From assembly GCA_963745025.1 (NCBI GenBank), contig CAVUWD010000018.1, positions 32,001-96,000 on the forward strand: DNA of 64,000 bases, written 5' to 3'. The notes beneath the pieces were generated by a model, which saw nothing but the letters and a program-made list of their open reading frames with translations, made no database searches and was not told the origin of the DNA. Shown piece after piece: positions 32,292 to 42,402 of this stretch (its first letter is position 1; the number at the start of each line of letters is the position of its first letter). The translations under genes and the position numbers were made by a program. The stretch comes from an uncultured delta proteobacterium. Its GTDB lineage: Bacteria > Desulfobacterota > Binatia > JACPRU01.

Positions 32292-32552
32292 ATGGCTCGA
32301 ACTGCCGCGAAGATCGCTCTGAGCCTTCCTGAAGAGTTGTTCCGCGAAATCGAACGCGTGCGCAAGAAGCGCGGTACGACGCGCAGTGCGCTCGTACAGC
32401 ACGCGCTGCGATCTTGGCTGCGCCAGCAGAGCGAAGCTACCCTCGCGCGTGAGTGGGAGGAGGGATATCGGCGGATGCCCGAGAACTCGGGCGAGGTGTC
32501 CGGGGCAGAAATGACCGCGCGCTTCGCTTTTGATCCCGAAGACGAATGGTGA
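32292..32552 (+). CDS. Ribbon-helix-helix (CopG/MazE-like) antitoxin
   Basis: KIALSLPEEL...RSALVQHAL; EEGYRRMPE; directly upstream of the toxin. Confidence 0.85.
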   Translation: MARTAAKIALSLPEELFREIERVRKKRGTTRSALVQHALRSWLRQQSEATLAREWEEGYRRMPENSGEVSGAEMTARFAFDPEDEW

Positions 32553-32872
32553 TGCGCCGGGGGGAGGTATGGTGGGCCGTGCTTCCAGCGCCTGTCGGGC
32601 GGCGCCCGGTCGTGCTGCTGTCTCGGAACGCTGCCTACCGAGTACGCGAGCTCATCACCGTAGCGCCCGTCACAACGCGCGTGCGCGGCATACCGTCAGA
32701 GGTCCCTCTGGGAAGGGAACAGGGTCTTTCCAGATCCTGCGCGGCCAATCTCGATTCGATCACGACGATCCCGAAGCGCTCGCTCGCGGCGCGCGTTGCC
32801 ATGCTTTCGCAAGCTAAGCTCGTCGAGGTCGAACGGGCGCTGCACTTCTCGCTCGGTCTTCGATGCGCCTGA
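32552..32872 (+). CDS. mazF: PemK/MazF-family toxin
   Basis: MRRGEVWW...RRPVVLLSR...VAPVTT...NLDSITT. Confidence 0.92.
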   Translation: MRRGEVWWAVLPAPVGRRPVVLLSRNAAYRVRELITVAPVTTRVRGIPSEVPLGREQGLSRSCAANLDSITTIPKRSLAARVAMLSQAKLVEVERALHFSLGLRCA

Positions 32873-32999
32873 CGCAACAGGGTTCTTCGCCATGAGGGGG
32901 CGTGCTCTCCTGGCTGGAGCCAGCCCACTTCCGTTTTGCTTCGCGTTGGTCTTAGGTCATCGCTGCCCCGAGAGGAGCCCGCGCCATGCTCGAGACCCG

Positions 33000-33134
33000 G
33001 CCCGCGACCACGTCGAGGCGATGGCGCGCTACGCGGGACAGTCGGCGGGCGCCGTCGAGGACGTGACTCCTGCCGCCGACGTGGCGCGCGAGATCGCCGA
33101 GGGCGCCGTGAGATTGCTTCGTGCCGGGTCCTGA
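33000..33134 (+). pseudogene. Nitronate monooxygenase C-terminal remnant
   Basis: EAMARYAGQSAGAVEDVTPAADVAREI. Confidence 0.65.
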
Positions 33135-33552
33135 GCCACGCGGATCGACGGCCGTGATCGCTCTTCTCTGGTCGAGCGCGGCGGTGACGATCCTCTATTG
33201 GGTGGTGTTCTTCACCGGGGGAGAGGTGCAGTCGAGCGAAGCGGAATGCTATCTCGTCTTCGAGCGCGCGTTCCCGGCCGCCGATCTCTGGCTCGCGGCG
33301 ACGTCGATCGCCGCGGCCGAAGGGCTTCGACGGCGGCGCGAGTGGGCGGTCCTCTTCGGCATCGCCGCCGGCAGCGCGGCCATCTATCTCGGCTGCATGG
33401 ACGTTCTCTACAACCTAGAGAACGGCACGTACGCCCGCTGGAGCGGGCCGGTTGCGGGCGAGGCGGTCATCAACCTCTTTTGCTTCACCTTCGGTCCCTT
33501 CCTCCTCTGGTACTTCTGGAAGAACCGCCGCTTTGCGGGGAGCGTCGCGTGA
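33121..33552 (+). CDS. Membrane hypothetical protein
   Basis: Four hydrophobic segments; FERAFPAAD; coupled to tag. Confidence 0.75.
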   Translation: MPGPEPRGSTAVIALLWSSAAVTILYWVVFFTGGEVQSSEAECYLVFERAFPAADLWLAATSIAAAEGLRRRREWAVLFGIAAGSAAIYLGCMDVLYNLENGTYARWSGPVAGEAVINLFCFTFGPFLLWYFWKNRRFAGSVA

Positions 33553-34127
33553 GCGATCGGCGCCGCTGCCCCTGGGGCGAATCGCATCCGCTCTACGTCC
33601 CCTACCACGACCGGGAGTGGGGAAAGCCGCTCCACGACGACCACCGGTTCTTCGAGCTCCTCGTTCTCGAGGGTGCGCAGGCCGGCCTTTCCTGGCTGAC
33701 GATCCTCAAGAAGCGAGACGCGTACCGCAAGGCGTTCGACGGGTTCGATCCGCGCAAGGTCGCGCGCTACGACGCGAAGAAGGTGGCGCGGCTGCTCGCC
33801 GACGACGGCATCATTCGCAACCGTCTGAAGATCGAGGCGGCGATCACCAACGCCCACGCCTTTCTCGCCGTGCAGCGCGAGTTTGGCAGCTTCGACGCGT
33901 ACGTCTGGCGGTTCGTCGGCGGCAAGCCCATTCACAACCGCCGGCGGAGCGTGAAGGAGGTGCCGGCGCGCTCGGCGGAGTCGGACGCGATGAGCGAGGA
34001 ACTGCGGAGGAGGGGATTCCGTTTCGTCGGCTCGACGATCTGCTACGCGTTCATGCAGGCGGCGGGCATGGTCAACGACCACCTGGTCACCTGCTTTCGG
34101 CACCGCGAGGTCCGCGGCGACGGGTGA
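33549..34127 (+). CDS. tag: DNA-3-methyladenine glycosylase I
   Basis: RCPW, YHDREWG, LEGAQAGLSW, GMVNDHLVTC. Confidence 0.96.
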   Translation: MSDRRRCPWGESHPLYVPYHDREWGKPLHDDHRFFELLVLEGAQAGLSWLTILKKRDAYRKAFDGFDPRKVARYDAKKVARLLADDGIIRNRLKIEAAITNAHAFLAVQREFGSFDAYVWRFVGGKPIHNRRRSVKEVPARSAESDAMSEELRRRGFRFVGSTICYAFMQAAGMVNDHLVTCFRHREVRGDG

Positions 34128-34178
34128 GCTTCGTGCCGTGTTCTCGTCGAGGAAACGGTGGGCGGCTCAGCGCGCGGC

Positions 34179-34817
34179 TCAACGACCGCCGCTCGTCGCG
34201 AGCAGAAGCTGCGCGACGTAGTAGAGGGGAAGCCCCCAGGCGCGATTGACGAAGCTCGCGGCCACGAACCGGTCGCGGGCAACCGAGAGATCGGAGAGAA
34301 AGAAGGCGAGCGCTCCGGCGGGAATCATCAGGGCCGGTCGCGCGCCGGCCGTTCCGATCGCGCAGGCGACCATCAGCGACATCACGCCGACGTACGCGGT
34401 GACCGGCCGGCGCATGCCGGCCGGCAGGTGAGGACGCAGCCACGAGAGCGTGATCGACGCGAGCGCGGCGACGACGACGAGCGCGACGATCGCGAAACCC
34501 GCGTCGATGCCGCGGATCAGGAACGCCAATGAGAACGCGAGATGGCCGCCGAGGAAGCTCAGCACGCCGACGCGGAAAGCGCGCGCGTCGTCGGGGATGA
34601 GGAGAACGTCCCCCAACCCGCACAGGCAAAGGGCAAGAACGATGACGCGGCCGTACGCGTCATGGAGTGCGCCGGCCGCCACGGCGGTCGCGAGAAACCC
34701 GCTCGACGCGAGCGGCTTCCAGATCCAGACGCCGCGCCGCGAGCCGCGATGCTCCGCGACCAGCAGCCCCGCGACGGCGAGCAGGGTGAGGGCGGCCGAT
34801 CCCCCCATTCCCGTCAC
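34179..34817 (-). CDS. YhhN / lysoplasmalogenase-family membrane protein
   Basis: KPL, GDVLL, FFLSDL, YYVAQ. Confidence 0.88.
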   Translation of the reverse strand: MTGMGGSAALTLLAVAGLLVAEHRGSRRGVWIWKPLASSGFLATAVAAGALHDAYGRVIVLALCLCGLGDVLLIPDDARAFRVGVLSFLGGHLAFSLAFLIRGIDAGFAIVALVVVAALASITLSWLRPHLPAGMRRPVTAYVGVMSLMVACAIGTAGARPALMIPAGALAFFLSDLSVARDRFVAASFVNRAWGLPLYYVAQLLLATSGGR

Positions 34818-35578
34818 AGCCGCAGACACGCCTCGGCGGCGGCCCAGAACAGGCGATCGCGCGCCTCGGCGAGCTTCACCCAGTCGCGGTGGTCGTGATC
34901 CTCGCCGCCGACGTCGTCGCCCGCGTACACCACCTGGCCGATCGTCACGCCGCGAAAGCGAGCCACCGCGAAGAAGGCGGCCGCCTCCATCTCGACGACG
35001 AGACAGCCTTCCTCGCGCCGCAGGCGAACCTTGTCGCGCGTTTCGCGGAAGATCGCGTCGGTGGTCCAGCTCCGGCCGACGAGATAGGGCTCGCCGCGCG
35101 CGCGGAGCACACCTTCGAGCGCGGCGGTCGCGGCGGGCGACGCCTCGACGGTCCGGCTCGGCGGCAGATAATGATAGGAGGTTCCCTCGTCGCGAACCGC
35201 GCTCGACAGCACGACCGTGTGGCCGGCGATGATCGACGAGTCGAGCACGCCGGCCCCGCCGCAGACGATGAACTTACGGCAGCCGCGGGCGATCACGCTT
35301 TCGAAGAGCGCCGCCGCAAGCGGCGCTCCCACGCCGGGGTGGACGAGCGCCAGCCGGCGCCCGTCGACCGTGATCTCGTAGAGCGCGTGCCTGCCGATCT
35401 CGGTGGGGATCGACTTCACGAGTCGAAGCCGGCTTTCGGCGGCTAGCCGGTCGATCACCTCTTTGAAGAACGTGATCACGCAGTGCTCGGCGACGTCGAT
35501 GGCGCGATTGTAGCGCGATGGCTCGAGCACGGCGGATGCCGAGGCATCGAACTCGAGGATCGGGAATTCCCGCTTCAC
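34814..35578 (-). CDS. Nucleoside phosphorylase (PNP/UDP family)
   Basis: RDEGTSYHY, WTTDAIFRET, VEMEAA. Confidence 0.9.
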   Translation of the reverse strand: MKREFPILEFDASASAVLEPSRYNRAIDVAEHCVITFFKEVIDRLAAESRLRLVKSIPTEIGRHALYEITVDGRRLALVHPGVGAPLAAALFESVIARGCRKFIVCGGAGVLDSSIIAGHTVVLSSAVRDEGTSYHYLPPSRTVEASPAATAALEGVLRARGEPYLVGRSWTTDAIFRETRDKVRLRREEGCLVVEMEAAAFFAVARFRGVTIGQVVYAGDDVGGEDHDHRDWVKLAEARDRLFWAAAEACLRL

Positions 35579-35964
35579 TCGATCCGCACGCGGGCGAGCG
35601 CCTTCACGTTCGTGCAGCGATCGACGGCGCCGACGTTACACTCTTCGAGGTCGGGGATGAGGAAGCGAACGGGACCGCCCTTGTCGACCGGCAGCGGCCG
35701 GTCGCCGAGGCGGTAGACGAGGACGGCCGACTCGAGAGCGGCGAGCGGCGCTTGCTGCGAGAACTTGCCGTCCGCCGACTCGAGCGTCACGCGCGTCGCT
35801 GCGGCCGAGACGCCGACCGCGTCGAGCAGCGATCGCAAGGCGACGGCGCCGCCCTCGCGGCCGGGGACGAGCGAGGCGACGTCGGCGACCTGCCTGGGAA
35901 GCGCAGCGAGATCCGCGAAGCCGAATTCGCGGGGTGTTCGAACCTGACCCTCGATGCGAACCAT
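35575..35964 (-). CDS. Molybdopterin-oxidoreductase-like small protein
   Basis: IEGQV...PLPVDKGGPVR...NVK. Confidence 0.75.
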   Translation of the reverse strand: MVRIEGQVRTPREFGFADLAALPRQVADVASLVPGREGGAVALRSLLDAVGVSAAATRVTLESADGKFSQQAPLAALESAVLVYRLGDRPLPVDKGGPVRFLIPDLEECNVGAVDRCTNVKALARVRIE

Positions 35965-36145
35965 CTCGCCCTCGACACTCTAGACGCGGTCCGCAGACGA
36001 TGAGCGATTCACCCGTTCGAAGAGCTTGGTCATCGGCAATTTCTAGAGAATCGGGCGAGCCTTGGGAATAGTCCGAGGGAACTCTGGAGCGGAGGGCAGG
36101 GTTCCGCTAGGAGGCAGGCCCAGCTTTCGGGGATGGGAGGATAGG

Positions 36146-37786
36146 ATGGAGTTTCGGAGAGTTCCGGTGGCCCTCGGTGCGGCGCTTCTACTCACGGCCG
36201 CCTCCATCGGCGCGGACCAAACGCCGCCGCCGGTCAAGCCGGCCACGCTGTTTCCCGGGCTCGGCCACCATCACCATCCGATCAAGACACGCAGCCGCGA
36301 GGCGCAGAAGTTCTTCGACCAGGGTCTGACGCTCGTCTACGGCTTCAACCACGACGAGGCGATTCGCTCGTTTCGGCGCGCCGCCGAGATCGATCCCGAC
36401 GCCGCCATGCCGCTCTGGGGGATCGCCTACGCGCTCGGACCGAACATCAATCTAGACGTCGACCCCGAGCGCGAGAAGGCGGCCTTCGAGGCCACCGCGA
36501 AGGCGTTGAAGCTCGCCAAGAGCGCTCCCGAGAACGAGCGCGCTTACGTCGAGGCCCTCGCCCAGCGCTATTCCGACGATCCGCAGGCCGATCTCAAGAA
36601 GCTCGCCGCGGACTTCGCCGAGGCCATGCGCGCGCTCTCGGCGCGCTACCCCGACGACCTCGATGCGGCGACGCTCTACGCCGAGAGCCTGATGGACCTC
36701 GATCCGTGGAAGCTCTGGAGCGCCGACGGCACGCCGGCCGAGCACACGCAGGAGATCGTCGCCGTCCTCGAATCCGTGCTGCGGCGGAACCCGAATCACG
36801 TCGGCGCGAATCACTACTACATCCACGCGGTGGAGGCGTCGCCCCATCCGGAGCGCGCGCTGCCGTCGGCCGAACGTCTCCCGAAGCTCGTGCCGAGCGC
36901 CGGGCATCTCGTGCACATGCCGGCGCACATCTACATGCGCACCGGCGACTACGAGGCGTCGGCGCAGGCGAACGCGGATGCAGCCCGGGTCGACGAAGCC
37001 TACATCAAGGCGAACGACGTCCGCGGGGTCTACCCGGTCATGTACTACAACCACAATCTGGATTTCCTCGCCGCGGCCGCATCGATGGCGGGTCGTTACG
37101 GCGACGCGAAGCGGGCTTCGCTGAAAGCCGCGGCCAATGCCGCCGCCGTGGTGAAGGACATGCCGATGGCCGAGTTCCTGGTGCCGCGGCCATTTTTGGT
37201 CGACGTGCGGTTTCAGCGTTGGCAGGCGGTGTTGCAGGCTCCCGAGCCGCCCGAAAGCATGCCGACGACACGCGCCGTCTGGCACTACGCCCGGGGCGTA
37301 GCGCTTGCTGCCAAAGGTGATGTCGCGGGCGCCGAAGAGGAGCGATGGAGCCTCGAGGACGAGGTGATGAAAGTCCCGAATGACGCGATCTGGGGGTTGA
37401 ATCAGACCAAGGCGGTGCTCGCTATTGCTCGGTCTTCGCTCGACGCGCGCATTGACGCCGCCAAGAAGGACAGCCGAGCGGCGATTTCCGCTTGGAGGGT
37501 AGCGGTGGCTGTCCAGGACAGCCTCGCCTACGACGAGCCGCCGCCGTGGTACTACCCGGTGCGCGAGTCGCTCGGCGCGGCGCTCTTCCTGGATGGGCAG
37601 AAGGAGGAGGCGGAAAAGACGTTCCGCGAGGACTTGGATCGCAATCCGCGCAATCCGCGCTCGCTCTTCGGCCTGTGGGAGTGCCTCAAGGCTCAGAAGA
37701 AGACGGCCGACGCGGAGTGGATCCGCAACGCCTTTCAGGACGCGTGGAAGAGCTCCGAGGTCGACGTTCGGATGGAGGATCTCTAG
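36146..37786 (+). CDS. Secreted TPR-repeat protein
   Basis: Signal peptide; FNHDEA, HYYIHAVE, GHLVHMPAHIY. Confidence 0.85.
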   Translation: MEFRRVPVALGAALLLTAASIGADQTPPPVKPATLFPGLGHHHHPIKTRSREAQKFFDQGLTLVYGFNHDEAIRSFRRAAEIDPDAAMPLWGIAYALGPNINLDVDPEREKAAFEATAKALKLAKSAPENERAYVEALAQRYSDDPQADLKKLAADFAEAMRALSARYPDDLDAATLYAESLMDLDPWKLWSADGTPAEHTQEIVAVLESVLRRNPNHVGANHYYIHAVEASPHPERALPSAERLPKLVPSAGHLVHMPAHIYMRTGDYEASAQANADAARVDEAYIKANDVRGVYPVMYYNHNLDFLAAAASMAGRYGDAKRASLKAAANAAAVVKDMPMAEFLVPRPFLVDVRFQRWQAVLQAPEPPESMPTTRAVWHYARGVALAAKGDVAGAEEERWSLEDEVMKVPNDAIWGLNQTKAVLAIARSSLDARIDAAKKDSRAAISAWRVAVAVQDSLAYDEPPPWYYPVRESLGAALFLDGQKEEAEKTFREDLDRNPRNPRSLFGLWECLKAQKKTADAEWIRNAFQDAWKSSEVDVRMEDL

Positions 37787-37789
37787 CGG

Positions 37790-38536
37790 CTAGGCCAGGC
37801 CGATCCGCATGCCGGCGATCGTCACCTGGTCCTCGCCGATCGTGGCGCCGCGCTCGCGTGCCGATCGCACGAGCGCGCGGCGGTCGTTCGCGTGGATGTC
37901 GAAGCCGGCGAGACCCTCACCGCGACCGTCCGTGTCCTCGACGAAGCGAAGCCGGCTGCGTTCGAGAGGGATCTCGAATCGGCCAGCGGAGATCTCGCGT
38001 GCGGGGCGGTCGAGAATCTCCCCCCACCGGCGGGCGAGCCCACCGGGATCGCCAGACTGGAGCTCCGCCGCGGTGATCGCCTCGACGACGTCGCGCCGCA
38101 CGTGACGCTTCCACTCGGGCCCGGCCCAGTGCCACGACTCGGGCGGTGTCGCGTCATCGAGCGAGAGCAGCGTGCCGCCGGTGTCCTTCGGATGGAGATG
38201 CGTGCCGCGGATCGCCGCCAGATCGGCCTTCCACACCGTGCGCACGCCGATCGACCTGAGGCGCTCGCGGTCGCGATCGAGATCGTCACACTGGATGATC
38301 AACATGTAGCCGCCGTCACCCCGTCGCCGCTCGAGGTAGCGATTGGCCGTCGCATTGGGGTCGACCGGCGAGACGACTTCGAGGAACGTGTCGCCGAGCG
38401 GCATGACGGCGTTTCGCAGCCCGAACTCTCGAACCGACGGATCGTTGAACGCCACCTCGATGCCGAGAACGGCCGTCAAATCGCTGACGAGCTTTTCGAG
38501 ATCCCGCGCGACGACGACGACTTGTCGGATTCTCAC
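37790..38536 (-). CDS. VOC/glyoxalase-family protein
   Basis: RIRQVVVVARDL...FLEVVSP...GDGGYM...LHPKDTGG. Confidence 0.85.
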   Translation of the reverse strand: MRIRQVVVVARDLEKLVSDLTAVLGIEVAFNDPSVREFGLRNAVMPLGDTFLEVVSPVDPNATANRYLERRRGDGGYMLIIQCDDLDRDRERLRSIGVRTVWKADLAAIRGTHLHPKDTGGTLLSLDDATPPESWHWAGPEWKRHVRRDVVEAITAAELQSGDPGGLARRWGEILDRPAREISAGRFEIPLERSRLRFVEDTDGRGEGLAGFDIHANDRRALVRSARERGATIGEDQVTIAGMRIGLA

Positions 38537-39708
38537 GGCGAGCCTCCTTGCGGGCGATCGGCGAGCCCTTCTCGGCGCAGGTATCCGAAAACCAGGTTCG
38601 CCATCAACTGCTGGCCCTCGCGATCGTAGTGCCGATCGCACGCGAAGCTGAGAAACGGATAGGCGAGATGGTGCTCGGCGATGTACGCCTGCGTCTCCGG
38701 ATACATGTCGTAGTAGCGGATGCCGAGCTTGCGGCAGATTCCTCCGAGCCGTTCGTTCGGATGAGTGGGCGACAGCGCCGTGCGTTCGCGGAGCGAGGCG
38801 AGCCGGATCCAGTTCGGGTCGAGCTGGTAGGGATCGGCGACGTCCACGACGACGAGCGTCGCTCCCTGACCGCGCGTGATATCGAGCAGGCGGCGAAGCG
38901 ACGTCTCGACGATGGCCCACGCATGCCGCATCTCGTCGTCCTCGATCGGCAGATACGGGCGCGCCAGCTCGTGGCGAAAGTCCCAGCGCAGGTGGAGCGC
39001 GATTTGCAGCCGCTGAAGGAACGTCCGTTGGGTGGAGGCGAGAAAGCGAATCAAGCACCAGCCGCCGGCCGGCGGGGTCGGTGACTCCGTAATCCGCTGC
39101 TGCCGCACGGTAGCGGCGACCTCGCGAACGTCGCGAACGCGTGGATAGACGAGATTCAGGTTGTGATCGATGAGCTTTTCCTTTCCAGGATTGAGAAGGT
39201 CTTCGAGGTCGTTGTAGTTGAGGAAGAACAGCAGCACGACTTCGGGATCGAAGAACTTCGCGAAATCGTCATAGAGCACGAGCTCATCGATCGTCGAGAA
39301 GAATCCGGAAACGCCGAAGTTGAGCACCTGGTATTCCGACCCGAGCAGGCGCTCGAGCGAGTGCGCGGCGGTCGCCTCGTTGTCGTGGCCGAATCCCTCG
39401 ATGAACGAATCACCGAGGAGCGCGATCCGCCTCGCTCCGGTTCGGACCGGGTCGCCCTTCATGCCGAGCTCGTTCGTGGTGTAGTGAGCCGTGAAGCACG
39501 GCTTGCGGTGCTCCACCTCGTTGTTCGGGAAATGCCAGGTCCCCCAGTAGGGGTTCGGGCTGAGGAACGGCTTGCTCTGGTACTCGTAGGACGCGGCCGA
39601 AGAGTCGCACCACGAGAGCCGCAGCGCCACCTCGGCCCCCGCGAGGGCGACGACGACTCCCGCCGCTGCCAAGCCGAGCCTCGCCGCGGCCCGGCCGAGC
39701 CTCGTCAT
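38533..39708 (-). CDS. SGNH/GDSL hydrolase-family membrane protein
   Basis: LGDSF..G, NFGVSG, ND, DRH. Confidence 0.82.
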   Translation of the reverse strand: MTRLGRAAARLGLAAAGVVVALAGAEVALRLSWCDSSAASYEYQSKPFLSPNPYWGTWHFPNNEVEHRKPCFTAHYTTNELGMKGDPVRTGARRIALLGDSFIEGFGHDNEATAAHSLERLLGSEYQVLNFGVSGFFSTIDELVLYDDFAKFFDPEVVLLFFLNYNDLEDLLNPGKEKLIDHNLNLVYPRVRDVREVAATVRQQRITESPTPPAGGWCLIRFLASTQRTFLQRLQIALHLRWDFRHELARPYLPIEDDEMRHAWAIVETSLRRLLDITRGQGATLVVVDVADPYQLDPNWIRLASLRERTALSPTHPNERLGGICRKLGIRYYDMYPETQAYIAEHHLAYPFLSFACDRHYDREGQQLMANLVFGYLRREGLADRPQGGSP

Positions 39709-40859
39709 CCGCCGAGTCCGAGACGCCGCGCGATGATCACCTTCATGATCTCGTTCGAGCCGGCGTAGATCGACTGCACGGCTGCATCGGCGTAGTCGCC
39801 GGCGATCGCGTATTCCATCATGAAGCCGTAGCCGCCGTGGAGCTGCAGGCACTGACTGGTGAGGCGCTTCTGGAGCTCCGTCATCCACCACTTCGCCATG
39901 CTCACCTCGGTGACGATGTCCTCGCCGCGTACGTGCGCCGCGAGCAGCTTGTCGACGAAGGACTGGCCGATTTCCGTTTCCGTGGCGAGCTCGGCGAGCT
40001 TGAACTGGGTATTCTGAAACTGCGCGATCGGTTTTCCGAAGGCCTGCCGCTCGCTCACGTATTTCATGGTGTCCTCGAGCGAGCGCCGTGAGGAAGCGAT
40101 CGACCCGACTGCGACCACCAAACGCTCCTGCTGCAGCTTCTGCATCAGCTGCTTGAAGCCGAGCCCCTCCGCGGGTCCGAGCAGGTTCGAGGCGGGTACG
40201 CGGCAGTCCTCGAAGAAGAGCTCGCTCGTGTCCTGCCCGCGCAGGCCGAGCTTGTCGAGCTTGCGGCCACGCACGAAGCCCGGTCTGTCGGCCTCGACGA
40301 GAATCAAGCTGATGCCTCTGTACGGCGGGTTGGCCTTGGGGTCGGTCTTGGCGACGACGATGAACAGATCGCCGATCTGACCGTTGGAAATGAACATCTT
40401 CGAGCCGTTCAGCACGTAGTGATCGCCGTCACGCCGCGCCGCGGTCTGGATGGCCGACAGATCCGAACCAGCTCCCGGCTCGGTCATGGCGATGCCGAGG
40501 ATGACTTCACCGCGGATCGCGCCCGGCACCCATTTCCGTTTCTGCGCTTCGGACCCGAAGCTCGCGATGTACGGTAGACAGATGTCGGAATGCAACGACA
40601 GCGCGAGCGCGTGTGCGCGAACGCGAGCGAGCTCCTCGATGAGGATCGCGTCGTAGAGAAAGTCCCCGCCCGCGCCACCGTATTCGACCGGCTGGTTGGT
40701 CCCGAGCAGCCCTTCCTCCCCGAGCCGCCTCCAGATCTCCCGATCCGTCATCCCCCGCTCGTTCCACTCGGGGACTTTGGGCTCGACTTCCCTCTCGACG
40801 AACCGGCGCACCTGGCTGCGGAAGAGATCGTGCTCCTCACCGAAGATCTCTCGCCTCAT
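39705..40859 (-). CDS. Acyl-CoA dehydrogenase
   Basis: IAMTEPGAGSDL, LQLHGGYG, IYAGSNEIM. Confidence 0.95.
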   Translation of the reverse strand: MRREIFGEEHDLFRSQVRRFVEREVEPKVPEWNERGMTDREIWRRLGEEGLLGTNQPVEYGGAGGDFLYDAILIEELARVRAHALALSLHSDICLPYIASFGSEAQKRKWVPGAIRGEVILGIAMTEPGAGSDLSAIQTAARRDGDHYVLNGSKMFISNGQIGDLFIVVAKTDPKANPPYRGISLILVEADRPGFVRGRKLDKLGLRGQDTSELFFEDCRVPASNLLGPAEGLGFKQLMQKLQQERLVVAVGSIASSRRSLEDTMKYVSERQAFGKPIAQFQNTQFKLAELATETEIGQSFVDKLLAAHVRGEDIVTEVSMAKWWMTELQKRLTSQCLQLHGGYGFMMEYAIAGDYADAAVQSIYAGSNEIMKVIIARRLGLGG

Positions 40860-40959
40860 AACCCTCTCATCCCTTGCAGGGTGGTTCGAACTCCCGCCAT
40901 AAGGGTGCAAAGGCTCCCATGGTCGCTGGGCGCTGTCAATTTGCGATGGTCAGGAGATC

Positions 40960-42378
40960 GTGAGCGACGAGCGGTCGTTCGACCTGGTGGTGATCGGCTC
41001 CGGACCCGCCGGCGAGAAGGGCGCGGCGCAGGCGGCCTATTTCGGCAAGCGCGTCGCCGTGGTCGAACGCCAGCCCGCCTTCGGCGGCGCAGCCGCGAAC
41101 ACCGGCACGCTGCCGTCGAAGACGCTGCGCGAGACCTCGCTGACGCTTTCGGGCTTTCGCAATCGCGGTCTCTACGGGGTCGACCTGTCGCTGCGCCGCC
41201 AGGCGACGGTCCGCGACCTGATGCGGCGCGAGGCGGTGATGGTTGCGACCGAGCGCGAGCGCATTCGCAAGAACCTCGAGCGCCATCAAGTCGAGGTCTT
41301 TCGCGGCGAGGCCTCGTTCGTCGATGCTCACACCGTGCGGGTGTCGCGCCCGAGCGATGCGCCAATCGACCTTCACGCCGAAATCGTGCTGATCGCCACG
41401 GGCTCGAGCCCGCGTCGAGTGAGCCTCTTCCCCTTCGACGATCCTCGGGTCTTCGACTCGGACGAGATCCTCAAGCTCGAGCGCGTACCGCGCTCGCTCG
41501 CGGTGGTCGGCGGCGGAGTGATCGGCGCGGAGTACGCCTCGACGTTCGCGGCGCTCGGGGTGGACGTCACGCTGATCGAGAGCCGCGACCGGCTGCTGCC
41601 GTTTCTCGACGGCGAGATCGCGGCGGCCCTGAAGCGGGGCATGGAGAACCTCGGCATCCAATTCCGCATGCCGAGGAGCGTGGCCGGTTGTGACCCCGGC
41701 GCGGATTCGGTGACGTTGCGGCTCGAAGGCGGGGAGACGGTGGACGCCGACGCGGTCCTGGTGTCCGCGGGGCGCGTCAGCAATACGGCGTCGCTGAATC
41801 TCGAGGCGGCGGGAATCCGCTGCGGGGCGTATGGTCTCCTCGAAGTGGACGAACACTTCCGCACGTCGGCGCCGAGCGTCTACGCGGCGGGTGACGTCAT
41901 CGGCTTTCCCGCGCTGGCGTCGACGTCGATGGAACAAGCGCGATTGGCGATGGTCCACGCCTTCGACCTCGGGTACAAGAAGGCCCTGGCGGTGGTCTTG
42001 CCCTACGGCATCTACACGATTCCGGAAGTGTCGATGGCCGGGGACACCGAAGAATCGCTGGCAGGAAAGGGGATCGACTACGTGGTCGGCCGCGCGACCT
42101 ACCAGCAGAATGCGCGCGGGCAGATCATCGGCGACCCCGAGGGCATGCTGAAGCTCTTGTTCGCGCAGAAGGACATGAGGCTCCTCGGCGTGCACGTGAT
42201 CGGCGAGCAAGCTACGGAGCTCGTCCACGTCGGGCTCACGGTGATCCTCGCCGGCGCCGGCAACGATCTCTTCATCCAAACGTGCTACAATTATCCAACG
42301 CTCACCGAGATGTACAAATACGCCACCTACGATGCGATGGGGAAGCAAGACGCGGCCGCCGCGCTGAGCCGCGCCTGA
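40960..42378 (+). CDS. sthA: Soluble pyridine nucleotide transhydrogenase
   Basis: GSGPAG, NTGTLPSKTLRE without redox Cys, NYPTLTEMYK. Confidence 0.9.
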   Translation: MSDERSFDLVVIGSGPAGEKGAAQAAYFGKRVAVVERQPAFGGAAANTGTLPSKTLRETSLTLSGFRNRGLYGVDLSLRRQATVRDLMRREAVMVATERERIRKNLERHQVEVFRGEASFVDAHTVRVSRPSDAPIDLHAEIVLIATGSSPRRVSLFPFDDPRVFDSDEILKLERVPRSLAVVGGGVIGAEYASTFAALGVDVTLIESRDRLLPFLDGEIAAALKRGMENLGIQFRMPRSVAGCDPGADSVTLRLEGGETVDADAVLVSAGRVSNTASLNLEAAGIRCGAYGLLEVDEHFRTSAPSVYAAGDVIGFPALASTSMEQARLAMVHAFDLGYKKALAVVLPYGIYTIPEVSMAGDTEESLAGKGIDYVVGRATYQQNARGQIIGDPEGMLKLLFAQKDMRLLGVHVIGEQATELVHVGLTVILAGAGNDLFIQTCYNYPTLTEMYKYATYDAMGKQDAAAALSRA

Positions 42379-42402
42379 CGGAATTTCTTCGAGACCAGGC
42401 GA

